From positions 1,216,001-1,280,000 of the forward strand of contig CM000434.1 in the NCBI GenBank assembly GCA_000165345.1: a stretch of DNA of 64,000 nt. Reading direction: 5' to 3'. The notes below the pieces were generated by a model. The model saw only the letters and a list, made by a program, of their open reading frames with translations, had not been told where the DNA came from and made no database searches. The translations under genes were made by a program, and so were the position numbers. Of this stretch, positions 44,608 through 56,495 are shown piece after piece. Position 1 is the first letter of the stretch. Each line of letters opens with the position of its first letter.

Positions 44608-47418
44608 TCACTTTGGAGGATACTCTATTCCCTCCTCCCGTAGAGCTTGGATGAGCTGATTCAGCTGAGATGGTTCTCCATTATATTTAATTCTCCACTG
44701 TATTGCCAAGTATCTAGATTTTTCAAAACCGTAACTTTTTACACTGAAGTTCTTTGTCATAGAAACACCATCTATATCATATTGAGTAACCCAACGATGT
44801 ATTGTGGGGTTATACGAGACTCCATCAATATGTGGCCCAATGAAGAATCTTTTTCGACCATCAGGGCTTGATTTGTCTTCAATATCTATATACATTGAGT
44901 CACTATATGTAGTTAAATCACAACCATGCATGGATACTGAACTTCTGGAAGATGGGGTTCCCAATTTTGAAGGAGAGTCCAAATTCCCTAAAATATTTCC
45001 TGAAAAATCCAATTCCGCTCCAGAATTGGTCTTTAATGGACTGCTTTCACTTGTCTTTGGGTCAATTTCCTCCTTTAATCCTTGGATTAATTTTTCTTGT
45101 CTGGTTTCTTGATCCTCTGTTTCATTTGTTAAGCTTCCAAGTACTTTTACTGGCTTTTCATTATCTTCTCTTTTCTCAAGATCTTCCATTTCTACGTCTT
45201 TTGATTTAGCTGTATCAGTAACTTCACTCTTAGTTCCAGTTAAAGTTTGTAAATCCTCTCCTTTTTGGCCAATTGAATCAGAGTTGGAATGCATAACGGG
45301 TAAGGGGGATTTTAAGTCTGATCTACTGCAAGCCAAAAGTGATTCCCTAAGTATCTGTTCTTCCTTACCTCCGTGGTTTTGTAAAACTGATTTATATCTA
45401 TTCAGTAAAGAATTTACCTGTTCATTTTCCTGATCAGTTGGAGTTGTCACTAAAAAATCTCCCTTTGATGGAATACAAAGATAATATCTTTCTGATCCAT
45501 CCTTTAACTGTCCCTTATGTATTGTTAAATCCTCAAATGAGACATCTTGCAGAACCCCATCCTCATATGCAGGGAATCCCTGGATTACAGTTTGTAAGAA
45601 TTCACTTAATTTTTCAACACCCTTTGTGCTTGAATACATACTTTCTCTATATTCAATAGCGAGCTGACGAGATCCCTCAAATCCATAAGCTCCAATACTG
45701 AAATACTTATAACGCTTCCTACCATCCTGCCCAACATAGCCAGTTACCCATCTATTTTGGATTTTGTCATAACGTATTCCTTCTATCACTGGTCCAAAAT
45801 AGTACTTCTTTCCATGATATACCAAAAACTCCTCCCCAGAAGCAGATTTCCTTGATTCTGATCTGCCTCCTGTATTGTGCTCAGAAGAAAAGCTTTGTGT
45901 CCCATTAGTTGATTGGCCTGTTCCTGGTTCAGCTTTTGAACCTGAAAGATTTGTTGCAATCCTTATTCTAAATGATGAAGAAGACGTTGGCTGTCCTTCT
46001 CCTGAGACATTTAATACACTCCCATCAGCCCCCTGAGAATCCCTTCTTTTTGGTGTAAATACAGCTCCTTTTGAAGCTGAAGCTCTCGAGGAAGTCTTTT
46101 TAACTGGAGTAAACGATGTATCATCAGCCAAACCTCCTGCTTTTTCGATTGCAAGATGTTTAGCCTTTTCCGCACCAAATTCCTCAACAGAAAAGACATT
46201 CTCTTGTTCCAGAGTATTTACCAAGTTCTTACAGACCCAGGAATCCTTTTCTTGGTCATAAAACACCTCATAATCAGGATTTTGCAAATTTATAGTATCT
46301 ATAGCCGAATTTCTTGTATTATATGCAGAAGGAGATGATCTACCTGAACGGCCTGTGCCTTCTATAGATCTTCTACTTCTTTTGTTAGTTCTAGTAGCTT
46401 GTACTGGAGTGCCAGTTTGAATCTTATTATTGATATTAGCAAGTTGTTCTCTTCTATATTGAATGGCCATTTCTCTTGCTGTATCATATCCATATTGTTT
46501 AACATTAAAAATTCGACTCCTTCTAATGCCATTTTCCGTCCAAACTGCAACCCAACGATCTCTATTTTTCTCATAAGTAACACCAACTTCATTTCCACCT
46601 TTTGATGGTGAATTATTTGAAATACAAGGCTTCCCTCCACTGCTCAAACTCGTAGTTTTCTCAGATCCTGAACCACGTTCTTCATTATGTCTACCGCTTT
46701 GTATAAAATCTCCTCCACGTCTCACTTCCATAGTGACATATGTCTGATAAACCAATGGAAGTACCAATTCCCCAGATAAATTAGCCGGTTTCCACTCGAT
46801 TTCTGGCTTACCAATTTTTCCTTCAAGGCTTTCTGATATTTGAGATACTGATTCTAATTCGCAGTCTGCACCAGTAAACATTCCATCTAACCACTCCCTA
46901 TAAGAGTCTAGGTGAGAAATTGCACGAATACAAACTTGAGAATCACAATTCTCAATATCTAAAGGGTAACCCTGCGAATCTTCAGTAACATTACTAGACC
47001 TCATTTTACGAATCATATCACTAGACATTTTTTGACTATTATCAGGCTTCATCTTCTCGTTAATCTTTAATCCAATAGATTCTATTATTTTTAGATAAGG
47101 ACTAAACTCTTCCTTGCTGATAGCTCCGTATATTTGAGCTATATGAAACATTAAATTATCCCCATATTCTCCCCATAAAGGATATAAATTTGAAATATAT
47201 CTTAAAAAGAAGTCAATACAAATTAATTCGTAGTCTAATTCCAGTTCTGATTGTTCTAGTTTTGTACATTCATCTTTTTGACTAACCACAATATTTTGCC
47301 CAGTTTCAAGAGATGAATTTGTATTATCAGTATTGCATTCGGTACTTAGAACCATATTTGTCTCTTTTGCAGATTCTTCTGCAATCATCTTTGTATCCAT
47401 TGGCTCTTGAATTTCCAT
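44608..47418 (-). CDS. ApiAP2 transcription factor with four AP2 DNA-binding domains.
   Basis: The track start is TTG (47424); the first ATG is 47418 (MEIQEPMDTKM). The four AP2 domains are: VTYEKNRDRWVAVWTENGIRRSRIFNVKQYGYDTAREMAIQYR; VFYDQEKDSWVCKNL...FSVEEFGAEKAKHLAIE; GIRYDKIQNRWVTGYVGQDGRKRYKYFSIGAYGFEGSRQLAIEYR; GVSYNPTIHRWVTQYDIDGVSMTKNFSVKSYGFEKSRYLAIQWR. Confidence 0.8.
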   Translation of the reverse strand: MEIQEPMDTKMIAEESAKETNMVLSTECNTDNTNSSLETGQNIVVSQKDECTKLEQSELELDYELICIDFFLRYISNLYPLWGEYGDNLMFHIAQIYGAISKEEFSPYLKIIESIGLKINEKMKPDNSQKMSSDMIRKMRSSNVTEDSQGYPLDIENCDSQVCIRAISHLDSYREWLDGMFTGADCELESVSQISESLEGKIGKPEIEWKPANLSGELVLPLVYQTYVTMEVRRGGDFIQSGRHNEERGSGSEKTTSLSSGGKPCISNNSPSKGGNEVGVTYEKNRDRWVAVWTENGIRRSRIFNVKQYGYDTAREMAIQYRREQLANINNKIQTGTPVQATRTNKRSRRSIEGTGRSGRSSPSAYNTRNSAIDTINLQNPDYEVFYDQEKDSWVCKNLVNTLEQENVFSVEEFGAEKAKHLAIEKAGGLADDTSFTPVKKTSSRASASKGAVFTPKRRDSQGADGSVLNVSGEGQPTSSSSFRIRIATNLSGSKAEPGTGQSTNGTQSFSSEHNTGGRSESRKSASGEEFLVYHGKKYYFGPVIEGIRYDKIQNRWVTGYVGQDGRKRYKYFSIGAYGFEGSRQLAIEYRESMYSSTKGVEKLSEFLQTVIQGFPAYEDGVLQDVSFEDLTIHKGQLKDGSERYYLCIPSKGDFLVTTPTDQENEQVNSLLNRYKSVLQNHGGKEEQILRESLLACSRSDLKSPLPVMHSNSDSIGQKGEDLQTLTGTKSEVTDTAKSKDVEMEDLEKREDNEKPVKVLGSLTNETEDQETRQEKLIQGLKEEIDPKTSESSPLKTNSGAELDFSGNILGNLDSPSKLGTPSSRSSVSMHGCDLTTYSDSMYIDIEDKSSPDGRKRFFIGPHIDGVSYNPTIHRWVTQYDIDGVSMTKNFSVKSYGFEKSRYLAIQWRIKYNGEPSQLNQLIQALREEGIEYPPK

Positions 47419-47742
47419 TTCCAAGAATTAACTTAATTGTGTAACTTCTATAAATTATTAGTTTTTTTACTTTTTTTTTTATTAACTAATTAATCTCTTT
47501 AACTCCTGGACCTCGTCTAGAGTGTCTGATTCTGATCTCAGACTCTTCTTTCTTCTTCGCCTCAACCTTGCAACCGTTTCTCAAATTCTTGATTTTTTCA
47601 TAAACTTTTTACAATTTCCTGTCTCATTTATTTACCCTCTTTTTCTAACTTTTTTCTCAATAGTTTGCCTCCTAATACTTGCTTTGGCTGACGCCTAAAC
47701 GCATTCAAACCTTTCCTCCCCCTCATCCAATATTTTCACCCT

Positions 47743-47759
47743 TTTCGGCGCCAACAACT
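47743..47759. promoter_or_regulatory. E2F-like cttttcggcgccaacaa about 325 bp upstream of the ApiAP2 gene start.
   Basis: GGCGCC palindrome core in the 5' flank of the minus-strand gene. Confidence 0.35.
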
Positions 47760-48215
47760 TTATTTACAATTTCTCCACATTTAATTATTTGGCTTAAGCT
47801 TAAATATAAATATAAATTAATTAAATAAACCAATGTAAAATATAATCACATTTATATAAAAGTGAATATTTACATTTGATTTCGTTTATACATTTACTTG
47901 TAATTATCATTTACTATTTTTTCAGATTTTTGTGTTATTAATTTTGTTTTGTTTTAGAGATAAGCTTACTCAATGTTAAAAGTATTTCTACTTGAAAGTT
48001 CACACATTCTCTTTGTCAGTATTTCAAAAAAAAAAACTTCTAAGTCTGTACTAATCCTGTTAGAAATCATCCAAAATGTTTCTTAGCTAGATATTCTATT
48101 CGATGTAAATACACGTTGAAGTTGTGTTTTAACTGGAGTCTAATAAACTATTGTATTTATTACTCTTATAGAAATAAACATTTTAAAATATAATTCTACA
48201 AAAACTCTAAGTTAA

Positions 48216-51200
48216 TTATCTAAACCAGTTTCTAATCATCCATTTATTGGATCTAAGATTGTTTATGTCCAAAGGTTCTTCTATAAAAATGGACCAAATT
48301 CTGGGTATGAGGTTTCTCCAAATAGCCTGGTTGCCTTTTCTGAATCTTATATGGTCAGCACACCATAAATGAAGAAGAGGAATATTAAAGTATGAAGTTC
48401 CCCCCGTTGCTCTTTGAGATATATCAGAAACAAGCTTTCTAAAGAGTTGTTTAGCAATGGAACAAGGAATATTAGGTTCTTCTTTCTCATGTATAGTAGT
48501 CTTTAAAGGAGCCCATCCCTCTAATGTTAAAATATCCGCAACAAGAGGCTTATTCCCCTCGAAGTCTATAAGTGGAATATCAGCAATTTTAAATATTTCC
48601 TCTAAATCTGGTTGAAATATTTTAAATCTTCTCAACTGATTCTTATCACAAACTAGATGGTATTTTGGTGGTTTCTTTTTTGTATTAATGGCAGTAAAAC
48701 CTGAAGATCGTTCAATAGGATAATTTGGATCAACTTTTAGGGATAATTTGAGATCTGGGACTGAGTTGTTAAAACATTCATCGAGATCAGTATACCATCT
48801 ACTGTCAGTGGGACTATAAGGTTCCCCTATAATTAGTTCTTCAAGAATTTTCCTTGCTAGATCTCTTCTGTGGTTTATAATGGAGGTTCTAAGCAAAATT
48901 TTGTTTGATTTAAAGATCGATTCTTCTTGTTGAATTTTTGTATAGCTAACACTTAGTCTTTTAAACTCCGTATTTACTGCAATTACGCGATGAACTTTTC
49001 GAACTATTGGTCTATCTGAAATGTCAAATACATCTATAGCTTTTGCACAGTGTCCAGCATGTTCAACTCCGAGATCAATGACCTTTTGTAGTTGGTCTTC
49101 TCTCTTCTTTTTTAAATAATCGTATTCTTTAGTATTCGAAATTTCGCCACTACTATCTGTTTGAATCCTGGCAAACTCTATTTTGTCCTTGATAATCCTC
49201 ATTTCATGCTCAATATCTGTCAAATCCTCCAAGGCTTCGTGAATTCTTCTAATTGAGACTCCAATCAAGAGCTGAAGTTTAGCTTCTAATGGAGATATAT
49301 TTTGCATGATCATATCAACATCAAATAGAGACATATTATTTAAAATGGCTTTTGGTTCAATAATAATCTTAGTAAGTCTGTGTTCAACTCTTGCAATCCA
49401 ACGTTCAAGCTTCTCGTCAGTAATCTCGTTATCATCTTCAAAGTTAAAGTATTCCTCAGGAATTCCAAGCAAGAACTCATTAATAGTTTCGTCTACAGAA
49501 GCCACAATCAAGTTATATAGTAACTCTAGCTCATCCATATCCAAAATCTTTTGATTATTTACAAATACTGAGGCTAATGCTAGCTTAATAGAGCTTTTAT
49601 AGTCATAACCATTTTTTACTTGAGATATTGCCAAACATGCATCTGGAAGCTTAACTTTGCTCTTTCCTAGAACACTATGAGAGATTCCAACCACTAATAA
49701 GGCAAGCCTAAATGCAGATCTATGAAGTAGTGGACAGAATAATGAAAAATGATCCATTTCATCATATGGTTTATCTTCAACAAGAGAATGAATCCAATCT
49801 TTTTTGGCTAACTCAGAAAAAGATTTCAAATCCGAAATACCATATGGCAAATTTGAGGCTGAATATATATCCGTGTTATCAGATTCAATATATTCCTTCA
49901 AAGCTCCAATATGCTTTTCCATATACTTAACAAATTGAATTTGCATGTAGAAACGACGTTTTAGGCTTTGGGGCACATTTCCTCTTTGAAATTGAATATC
50001 CTGCACAAACCTTTGAGTTTCTTTAAATGAAGTAATTAAACTTCTATAAGTTGAATATAACGTTTGAAGAGCTTGCTGGTTTGTAAGATTGACCAGTTCC
50101 ATTTTAGATCCTAATGAGATATTACTTTCTTCCTCTTCAGCTCCGTTTAATACCCCATCTTTGAACCATCTTTTGCCTATTTTTCCAGATTTATTTCTGT
50201 TATAATAAATCAGGAATCTGTCAAAAAGCTGCCTCCTGTCAACAACTACATTAGTGGATGGATAGTTTGTAAATAATATTTGTCTAACATCGAGCTCATC
50301 TAAATGACATCTGTTATCAATAGCAAGAGCAACCAAAATAGCTTCGTTTACCTCCACCTTCTTTTTAAAGTTGGTATTTATTCCGTCAATTGGGAATATT
50401 TGCCCCTTATTTAATATCTCAGAGAGAAAAGGGTGCTTCTTTGTTCCATACTCTGCAATTTTTTGGCAAAATTTTTCAGCTTTATCATACTCTATATGTC
50501 CTCTTAATGCTGATCTTAAGGACTTAGCACAATCTTCCAATGAGCCCTCTTTTAAAGATAACACAACCGTACAAGCTCTTGTTCTACTTATTTTGTATCC
50601 TTCTTCCAACATGATTACTACAAGCGCATTTGCTATAGAGATCTCTTCTTTAGATAACTTTGCACATGCTTCACCTCCCAATTCATCCATTCCCGTCTTA
50701 ACAGCAGATTCAACTTTCTCTAAGATATTACTAACATCGTTAGGATGCGCTTCATGAACCAAATCTTTGACTTCCGGATCTTCTTTGGCTATTTTCAATA
50801 CCTCCTTACAAATTTCTAAGCTATTATCTTTAATTTTCTCATTTTCTTTAATTGTTAGTTCCAATGCAACCGAACAACCTGAAAAGTATCCATCTCTTAA
50901 GTTATATACTATATAGCATGCATCTAACATAGACATCCCTATAGTTTTAAGATAATTAGTGTCATAGTTCTTACTCCCATTTTTTAGGTTTGATTACTCT
51001 GAGTTCTCAAACCAGGATTTTCCCTAAAGATCACAAACTTACCATTATTAGAGAATTTTTTTGAAGCAATAATAAATAGATTGGAAAGCTTTAGCTGGTG
51101 TGGAGTTAATACTGAACAATAATCCCTAAACAATATATTATTCACGAATCATAGATTAAGTACCCAAAACTTACATAATCAACGTTCCAGACAAATCATC

Positions 51201-51335
51201 TCTTATATTTCTTCCTTCAACTTTATATTTTTTACCAAAAATGGGCCTCCAGTATCTTGCTGCTTCTATTTCTGATTGCCATATTCCCAAAACCAAACAA
51301 AGCAAAAATCCTAAAGATGTTTTGAGCAACTTCAT
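48216..51335 (-). CDS. Three-exon gene encoding a large hypothetical protein of about 989 aa. Two short upstream exons supply an N-terminal signal peptide.
   Basis: The main ORF 48216..50936 (MSMLDACY...) has an in-frame upstream stop. Upstream on the same strand, ATG 51335 opens exon 1 (51335..51175: MKLLKTSLGFLLCLVLGIWQSEIEAA..., a signal peptide), which ends at an ATGTAAGT donor. Intron 1 is 49 nt (to TTTAG). Exon 2 is 51125..51043. Intron 2 is 104 nt (GTAAGT...CTATAG). Exon 3 starts at 50938, and both junctions restore the main frame. Confidence 0.5.
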
Positions 51336-51502
51336 TTTATCACTAATCTTGGTTTCTAAACATGCATTCCCGTATAAAAATCAATACTTTCCTAATTCAA
51401 TTCCTTCTATATATAAATAAATGAAAAGATAGTATTTATATTTCCTTTTATTTTAATAATTGCCCCATATTTTGACATGCAAAACCCTAATTCTTTTTAG
51501 AT

Positions 51503-51525
51503 CATTTGGCGCGCAAGTCATGCAT
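51503..51525. promoter_or_regulatory. E2F-like atttggcgcgcaagtcatgcattt in the promoter region between the 48216 and 52000 genes.
   Basis: Read directly. GGCGCGC core plus CATGCA. Confidence 0.3.
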
Positions 51526-51999
51526 TTATTTTTCTAATTTTATTTACTAGAGACGAATGATAGAAATAATTGTTATTTCTAATGTCTGCATTGATAATGA
51601 AAATCTAAGTGTAATTAATTGCTATTTGTAAACAACCAATCAGCCCCATTAGATTAACCTATACGAATGCTTTTAAAAGCGTAGTAACAATAATTAGGCT
51701 TAAATATGCCTCCAAATTGTTATCACTCGGAAAATAAGAGCTAATGAATAATTTTTTTTTGACAAGTAGAATTGATCCTCATTTTTTTCAGAAATAGTTT
51801 TGTTTTCATTTTGAAATTACATTAATCTTTGAATTAAGTAGAAGCTTGAAAACTTTTTTTTTGAAGAGTTTAAGTATTGTATTCAATACTGTAAATATAT
51901 ATTAATATAGATAAACAATTAAGTAGCTAGCTACTTTGACGACTCAACAAGTTAAATAGCTGCTAACTAGGAGATACATAAAAGGAATAAGATTTAGTC

Positions 52000-53697
52000 A
52001 TGAAGAGCATATTTCCCTTTTTTTCAATTTTTTTACCATTATTAAAGCATTCATTTGGATATCAAGCTAACCAGCCAAATGTTTCAGAGTACAACTCTGA
52101 GCAAAATCTCTTAGCAGCTCTTTGCTGGTCTCTACCCTTCAAATTTATTAAATGCGATATCGATTTTGAGGAAAACGTATTAGAACATTTAAAACTTGAA
52201 CTAATCCCAAGATACAAAGTTTCTTCAACTGACGAAATTGTTTATAATATTAGAATGCAGCCAGTAACAAACGGATACTTAACAAATGCAATTCTAGCAG
52301 TAAGACCAGTTTATGGGCTGATTATTTCAAATGAAGCTGGAAATCCTGTTCTTCAAATTCCACATCAACTCAAGCATTCATCAACGGCAAAGTTTGGATT
52401 ACCGCATCAAGCCAAAAACGTTTTCTCATCTGTGAATTGTGTTCTTATGTACTCCAATATTGGAGAAGGTTTTTACTATATTCACCCTGGAAAGAGTGAA
52501 CATAAGTCAATTCCAAGATCCGTACCAGAAAACATAATGTTAAAAGCCTCTACGAAGAAAACAAGTACTAGAGAAATGTTTTATATGACTTTGTTATCAA
52601 ACCAACAGTTCCCCACAAAACCTACAGCTACCTATGGTGTTGGGACGGATTTTATGATACCTTCAGTAGTTTGTTTTGGGACTAATGAAAATCTAAGCCA
52701 ACAACTTCATGAAAGTAATTCATATCTGGGAGGAATTTTGATCCAAGAACGAATTATGGGACCTTCTCTAAGAGATGTTATCAAATTTTTCAAAAGTAGT
52801 GCGCTTTTGAAGTGGCTAAAAAATTCAAGAACTGATGATTTTAATTATAAAGCTAGAATTTCTCTCCGATTAGAAGCTCAGTATTCCTTGGCTCATTCTC
52901 TAATTGCTGCAATTTTAACTTTACAGCATCACTCAGTTGCAGGTAGGGTTTTACACTGTGATCTAAATACCAGAAGTATCTATCTTGATCGTATAGTTTG
53001 GAGCTGGTCTTCTAGGAAGATTGAAGATAATTTGAATGCAATAACACAACTGTCCCCATCTAACTTCAAATTTATTAACTTTGGGTATATGAAATCAACT
53101 CTCGAGGTATCAGAGGAGAATTTAGGCTGCTCTCAAACTGATAATGATTTAGTTAGAGTACAAGAATTTATTAAGATTTTATTTTCAGAGCAAAGCAATA
53201 GATCAGAGTTCCCTGAAAGTGGAAGCATAAGTAGTGGTATGATGACAATGAGCACTGGATTTAAAATGTGGTGGAATGAAGTAGTTAATTCTGTTGGAGC
53301 AGAGTCCACTAATCAAGAAGTCAATGAGCAAGAAGTTTTGCAAGTTGAAAATATTCTAAGGACTATTTATACAGATAATTCAGTTATATCAAATCTTGAT
53401 AGAACAGCCAAATTTTCTGGTATTGTTGCAGGCTTGAAGGCAATTCACGCCTCCATCAGCAAGGCATTTAGATATCTTTATGAGCAAGGATATGGTAGAA
53501 CTAAGAAAAGGGTAATTCTTGGTTGGTCAAGCAAAGACCTTGAGCCTGAGCCTGCCACCGAAATTAGTGGTACTGTCAGAAGAATCCTTAGTGGCAAGAA
53601 AATTGAAAATTCTTCTAATATGAATTCTTCTGGTGTAGATCCTTCAGGTTCATCTGATTTGGAGCTTTCTGCTGAATCTATTGGAATCTCTAGCTAG
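52000..53697 (+). CDS. Secreted hypothetical protein of 565 aa with a degenerate kinase-like catalytic-loop signature (LHCDLNTRSIYLD ... INFGYMKS). It may be a secretory pseudokinase.
   Basis: ATG start. Signal peptide MKSIFPFFSIFLPLLKHSFG. HCDLNTRS resembles HRDLKPxN and NFG resembles DFG, but the spacing and the rest of the domain are divergent. Confidence 0.5.
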   Translation: MKSIFPFFSIFLPLLKHSFGYQANQPNVSEYNSEQNLLAALCWSLPFKFIKCDIDFEENVLEHLKLELIPRYKVSSTDEIVYNIRMQPVTNGYLTNAILAVRPVYGLIISNEAGNPVLQIPHQLKHSSTAKFGLPHQAKNVFSSVNCVLMYSNIGEGFYYIHPGKSEHKSIPRSVPENIMLKASTKKTSTREMFYMTLLSNQQFPTKPTATYGVGTDFMIPSVVCFGTNENLSQQLHESNSYLGGILIQERIMGPSLRDVIKFFKSSALLKWLKNSRTDDFNYKARISLRLEAQYSLAHSLIAAILTLQHHSVAGRVLHCDLNTRSIYLDRIVWSWSSRKIEDNLNAITQLSPSNFKFINFGYMKSTLEVSEENLGCSQTDNDLVRVQEFIKILFSEQSNRSEFPESGSISSGMMTMSTGFKMWWNEVVNSVGAESTNQEVNEQEVLQVENILRTIYTDNSVISNLDRTAKFSGIVAGLKAIHASISKAFRYLYEQGYGRTKKRVILGWSSKDLEPEPATEISGTVRRILSGKKIENSSNMNSSGVDPSGSSDLELSAESIGISS

Positions 53698-54170
53698 TTG
53701 TATCTGCCTCCAATATATTAAAAATAACTTTATGAAACTCCCATTTAGTTATTTTCAGATGTTGAACATTGAAGATACCTAATACGAAATTCCCGAATAG
53801 ATATTTATTAATATATAGTCTAGAGAATCTTTAGACAAGAATAGAAAAAAAAAACTAGGAAATTAAGAAATCAATGTATCCTAATCTTTATAAAATATAC
53901 CTAGATTATTTACCCAAATACCCATATGCATCAAGCAAATAGCATTAATGAAGAAAGATAACAACTCCTAATAAGTATTAAATACCAAATTCTAATTATT
54001 TACTAAGGTAAATTAAAAATAGAAGGGTGAAAACGCTTAAGTTCTAAAGGGAATAAGATCCTTGAATCATAAAACTTTCCGTAGCTCACTACCTTTTTGT
54101 CTCTTCAAACAATAGTAGTTCAAATCCCCCAATCATAATACCAATTGGAAAACCTAAAACAAATTACTAC

Positions 54171-56495
54171 CTAGCTTGCAATCTTATAGTTCCTTAATGT
54201 AAATGCAGTCAGGAAGTATCCAAGAATTCTGAAGGCGAGTCCCAAGCAAATAGCAACTATAATGTTAAGCCAAATATCGGTTGTCCAGAGATTAAATTGA
54301 TCTAGGAAGAAGTCTGTAGTAACTTTTGAGAATCTTTCTCCTGGAATGAATACTGATAATATCATACCGGTATAAGTATATCTTACAGTGGATATCCATC
54401 CTAACCATCTGATCCAAACAGGAATTTGATCAAATGTAACAAAGTAGCCTGCAAGTAAAGCAAAAACTAAACTGAATAGTGGGAAAATCTGGAATACAGT
54501 ATTTGTACTCGTACTAAACGAGGAAAGTACATATGAGAATGAGTATGAAAGAAATACTCCAGCTTGAGTAGAAGCAGTCCAAAGTCCAAACTGGTCAGCC
54601 AAAGAAGTTTTGAGATTCTGATCATAAACTCCAGTCATGAAGTAAACGATTGTTGTATATACCAATGTCTGAATATGTTGAACTGGGAAGTCTGCAACCA
54701 TCCTCGAAAAATAGTAAGAAATAGGGGTATACATCTTAGAATAGGTTTCTTTGTTCATTACAAAACGCTCATCAACGGTTACAACAAGCCCCTTAATAGA
54801 AAAGAATGAGATACTTGTTGATACAAAGAAGATCAAACCAATGATATTTCTTGCATTTTGAGCAGTATCAAAATCGTTTTCTCCAGCTCTTGGGAGAGAA
54901 AAGAAGACTCCTCCCATGATAATGGCCATAATAGTGTTAACAAGTAGTAATCCAACTGTTACATTTGGATCTCTCCAAGTATTGAGAAGTATTCTCTTTG
55001 TAAGATATTTAACCTCTCTACAGAAACGTATAGGACCTGGGATTGGTGATAACCTTGCAATTTTTTGACAAATTGTCTGAGTTGGAAGGATTTTCATATT
55101 TGCAGAATCAATATTTCCATAATTCTCAAATAAGATTTGAGGATTACTTGTATCAACGCATCTTAAGTGATTATCGATGCCTTTCTTAACATTTTCTCCA
55201 TATACTGATTGTTCATAAATCTTATGGAACTCATCCAAAGATTCAATAGAGGGAACTTCCAGTCCAAACAGTTTCATTGAAATATCATCTCTTGATACTG
55301 ATTTTTCGAACTCATAAAGTGGTTCTTCTCCATCCAGATTTCGTTCAGCTAATTCAATTTCCTTTATAGTTGCATCCTTGGGTACATATATGGAGGCTGA
55401 AATTACTTTCTTATGTACTAACTCAACAAGAGACGTAGCATCTATAATGAAATCTGCTGGATTATAGTTATCAGGGAAGGGTGTAACAACATCATTAAAG
55501 AAGGTAACAACGTCCATTGGAGATCCTTGTCCTAAAACAAATCCTCTACTCAAGAGAGTAATTTTATCAAACAAGGCAAAAGTCTGCGATCTTGGGGTAT
55601 GAATAGAACAAATCACAATAATTCCAGTGGTATGGGCGAGAGACGAGAGATATGATAGTAAATCATGAGCTCTAGCAGCATCCAAACCTGTTGTTGGTTC
55701 ATCCAAAAATAATATTGGAGGATTCTGAATCAATTCCAAGGCAATACTAAGTCTTTTCATCTCACCACCAGAAATTCCTTTCTTTGAAATTCCTCCAACG
55801 TATGTATCTTGTACATGTCTGAGTCCCATAATATCAAGAATTTCAATAATCTTTTCCTCACGATCCTTCTTAGAATAATGTGGAAGTCTTAGACCAGCTA
55901 CAATGTCCATTGTCTCTTTAATTGTTAGATAAGGAAGTAAGTAATCATCTTGTACCACCATTCTAGTCAAATACCCTAAATCTATATCAGTAAATCCATT
56001 AATAGCCACGGAACCCTTAATATTATATTCTCTCCCTTTGAGTCTTCCAGAAAGAGCATTCAGTAATGTTGACTTTCCTGATCCAGAAGGGCCCATAATT
56101 CCAATAAGTTGTCCTGGAGAAGCCATAAAATTCACGCTCTTTAGGATTGGAACCACCTTTTTACGGAAAAACTTATCACGTTTGGTGAGTTCAACTGTCA
56201 AGTTTTTTGCTACCAATGTTACTTGTTTTGAAACATTCATTCCCAAATTTATATTGATTGACATGTCCATTGAATGGTCTGTAACTGAGCACCTAACAGC
56301 TGCAGCACTTGATCCACCTTTAGCGTCATAAGAAGATTGATCTCCACCACCTTTGCTACTATTTAAGTCCAAGTTATTTCCTCCTACTGTTAATCCATTG
56401 TCCTTAATCTCAACGGAAGACTTTTTGCTGGGGTTTTTGGGGTCGTCAAAGCTAAATTTAGCTACAACCAAATTTACTACCAAAAAAGTTAACAA
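54171..56495 (-). CDS. ABCG (White-family) half-transporter: N-terminal ABC ATPase followed by a 6-TM domain. The start is uncertain.
   Basis: Walker A GPSGSGKSTLLNALSGR. Signature plus Walker B ISGGEMKRLSIALELIQNPPILFLDEPTTGLD. C-terminal ABC2-type membrane domain with about 6 hydrophobic helices. The track start is TTG (56495) and the first in-frame ATG is 56270, but about 83 stop-free codons lie upstream of that ATG. Confidence 0.85.
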   Translation of the reverse strand: MLTFLVVNLVVAKFSFDDPKNPSKKSSVEIKDNGLTVGGNNLDLNSSKGGGDQSSYDAKGGSSAAAVRCSVTDHSMDMSININLGMNVSKQVTLVAKNLTVELTKRDKFFRKKVVPILKSVNFMASPGQLIGIMGPSGSGKSTLLNALSGRLKGREYNIKGSVAINGFTDIDLGYLTRMVVQDDYLLPYLTIKETMDIVAGLRLPHYSKKDREEKIIEILDIMGLRHVQDTYVGGISKKGISGGEMKRLSIALELIQNPPILFLDEPTTGLDAARAHDLLSYLSSLAHTTGIIVICSIHTPRSQTFALFDKITLLSRGFVLGQGSPMDVVTFFNDVVTPFPDNYNPADFIIDATSLVELVHKKVISASIYVPKDATIKEIELAERNLDGEEPLYEFEKSVSRDDISMKLFGLEVPSIESLDEFHKIYEQSVYGENVKKGIDNHLRCVDTSNPQILFENYGNIDSANMKILPTQTICQKIARLSPIPGPIRFCREVKYLTKRILLNTWRDPNVTVGLLLVNTIMAIIMGGVFFSLPRAGENDFDTAQNARNIIGLIFFVSTSISFFSIKGLVVTVDERFVMNKETYSKMYTPISYYFSRMVADFPVQHIQTLVYTTIVYFMTGVYDQNLKTSLADQFGLWTASTQAGVFLSYSFSYVLSSFSTSTNTVFQIFPLFSLVFALLAGYFVTFDQIPVWIRWLGWISTVRYTYTGMILSVFIPGERFSKVTTDFFLDQFNLWTTDIWLNIIVAICLGLAFRILGYFLTAFTLRNYKIAS

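Noticed and set aside
51043-51061. The 19-nt GTAAGTTTGTGATCTTTAG as the second intron of the 48216 gene
   Set aside because: It is too short and does not restore the frame. The 104-nt intron ending CTATAG at 50939 does.
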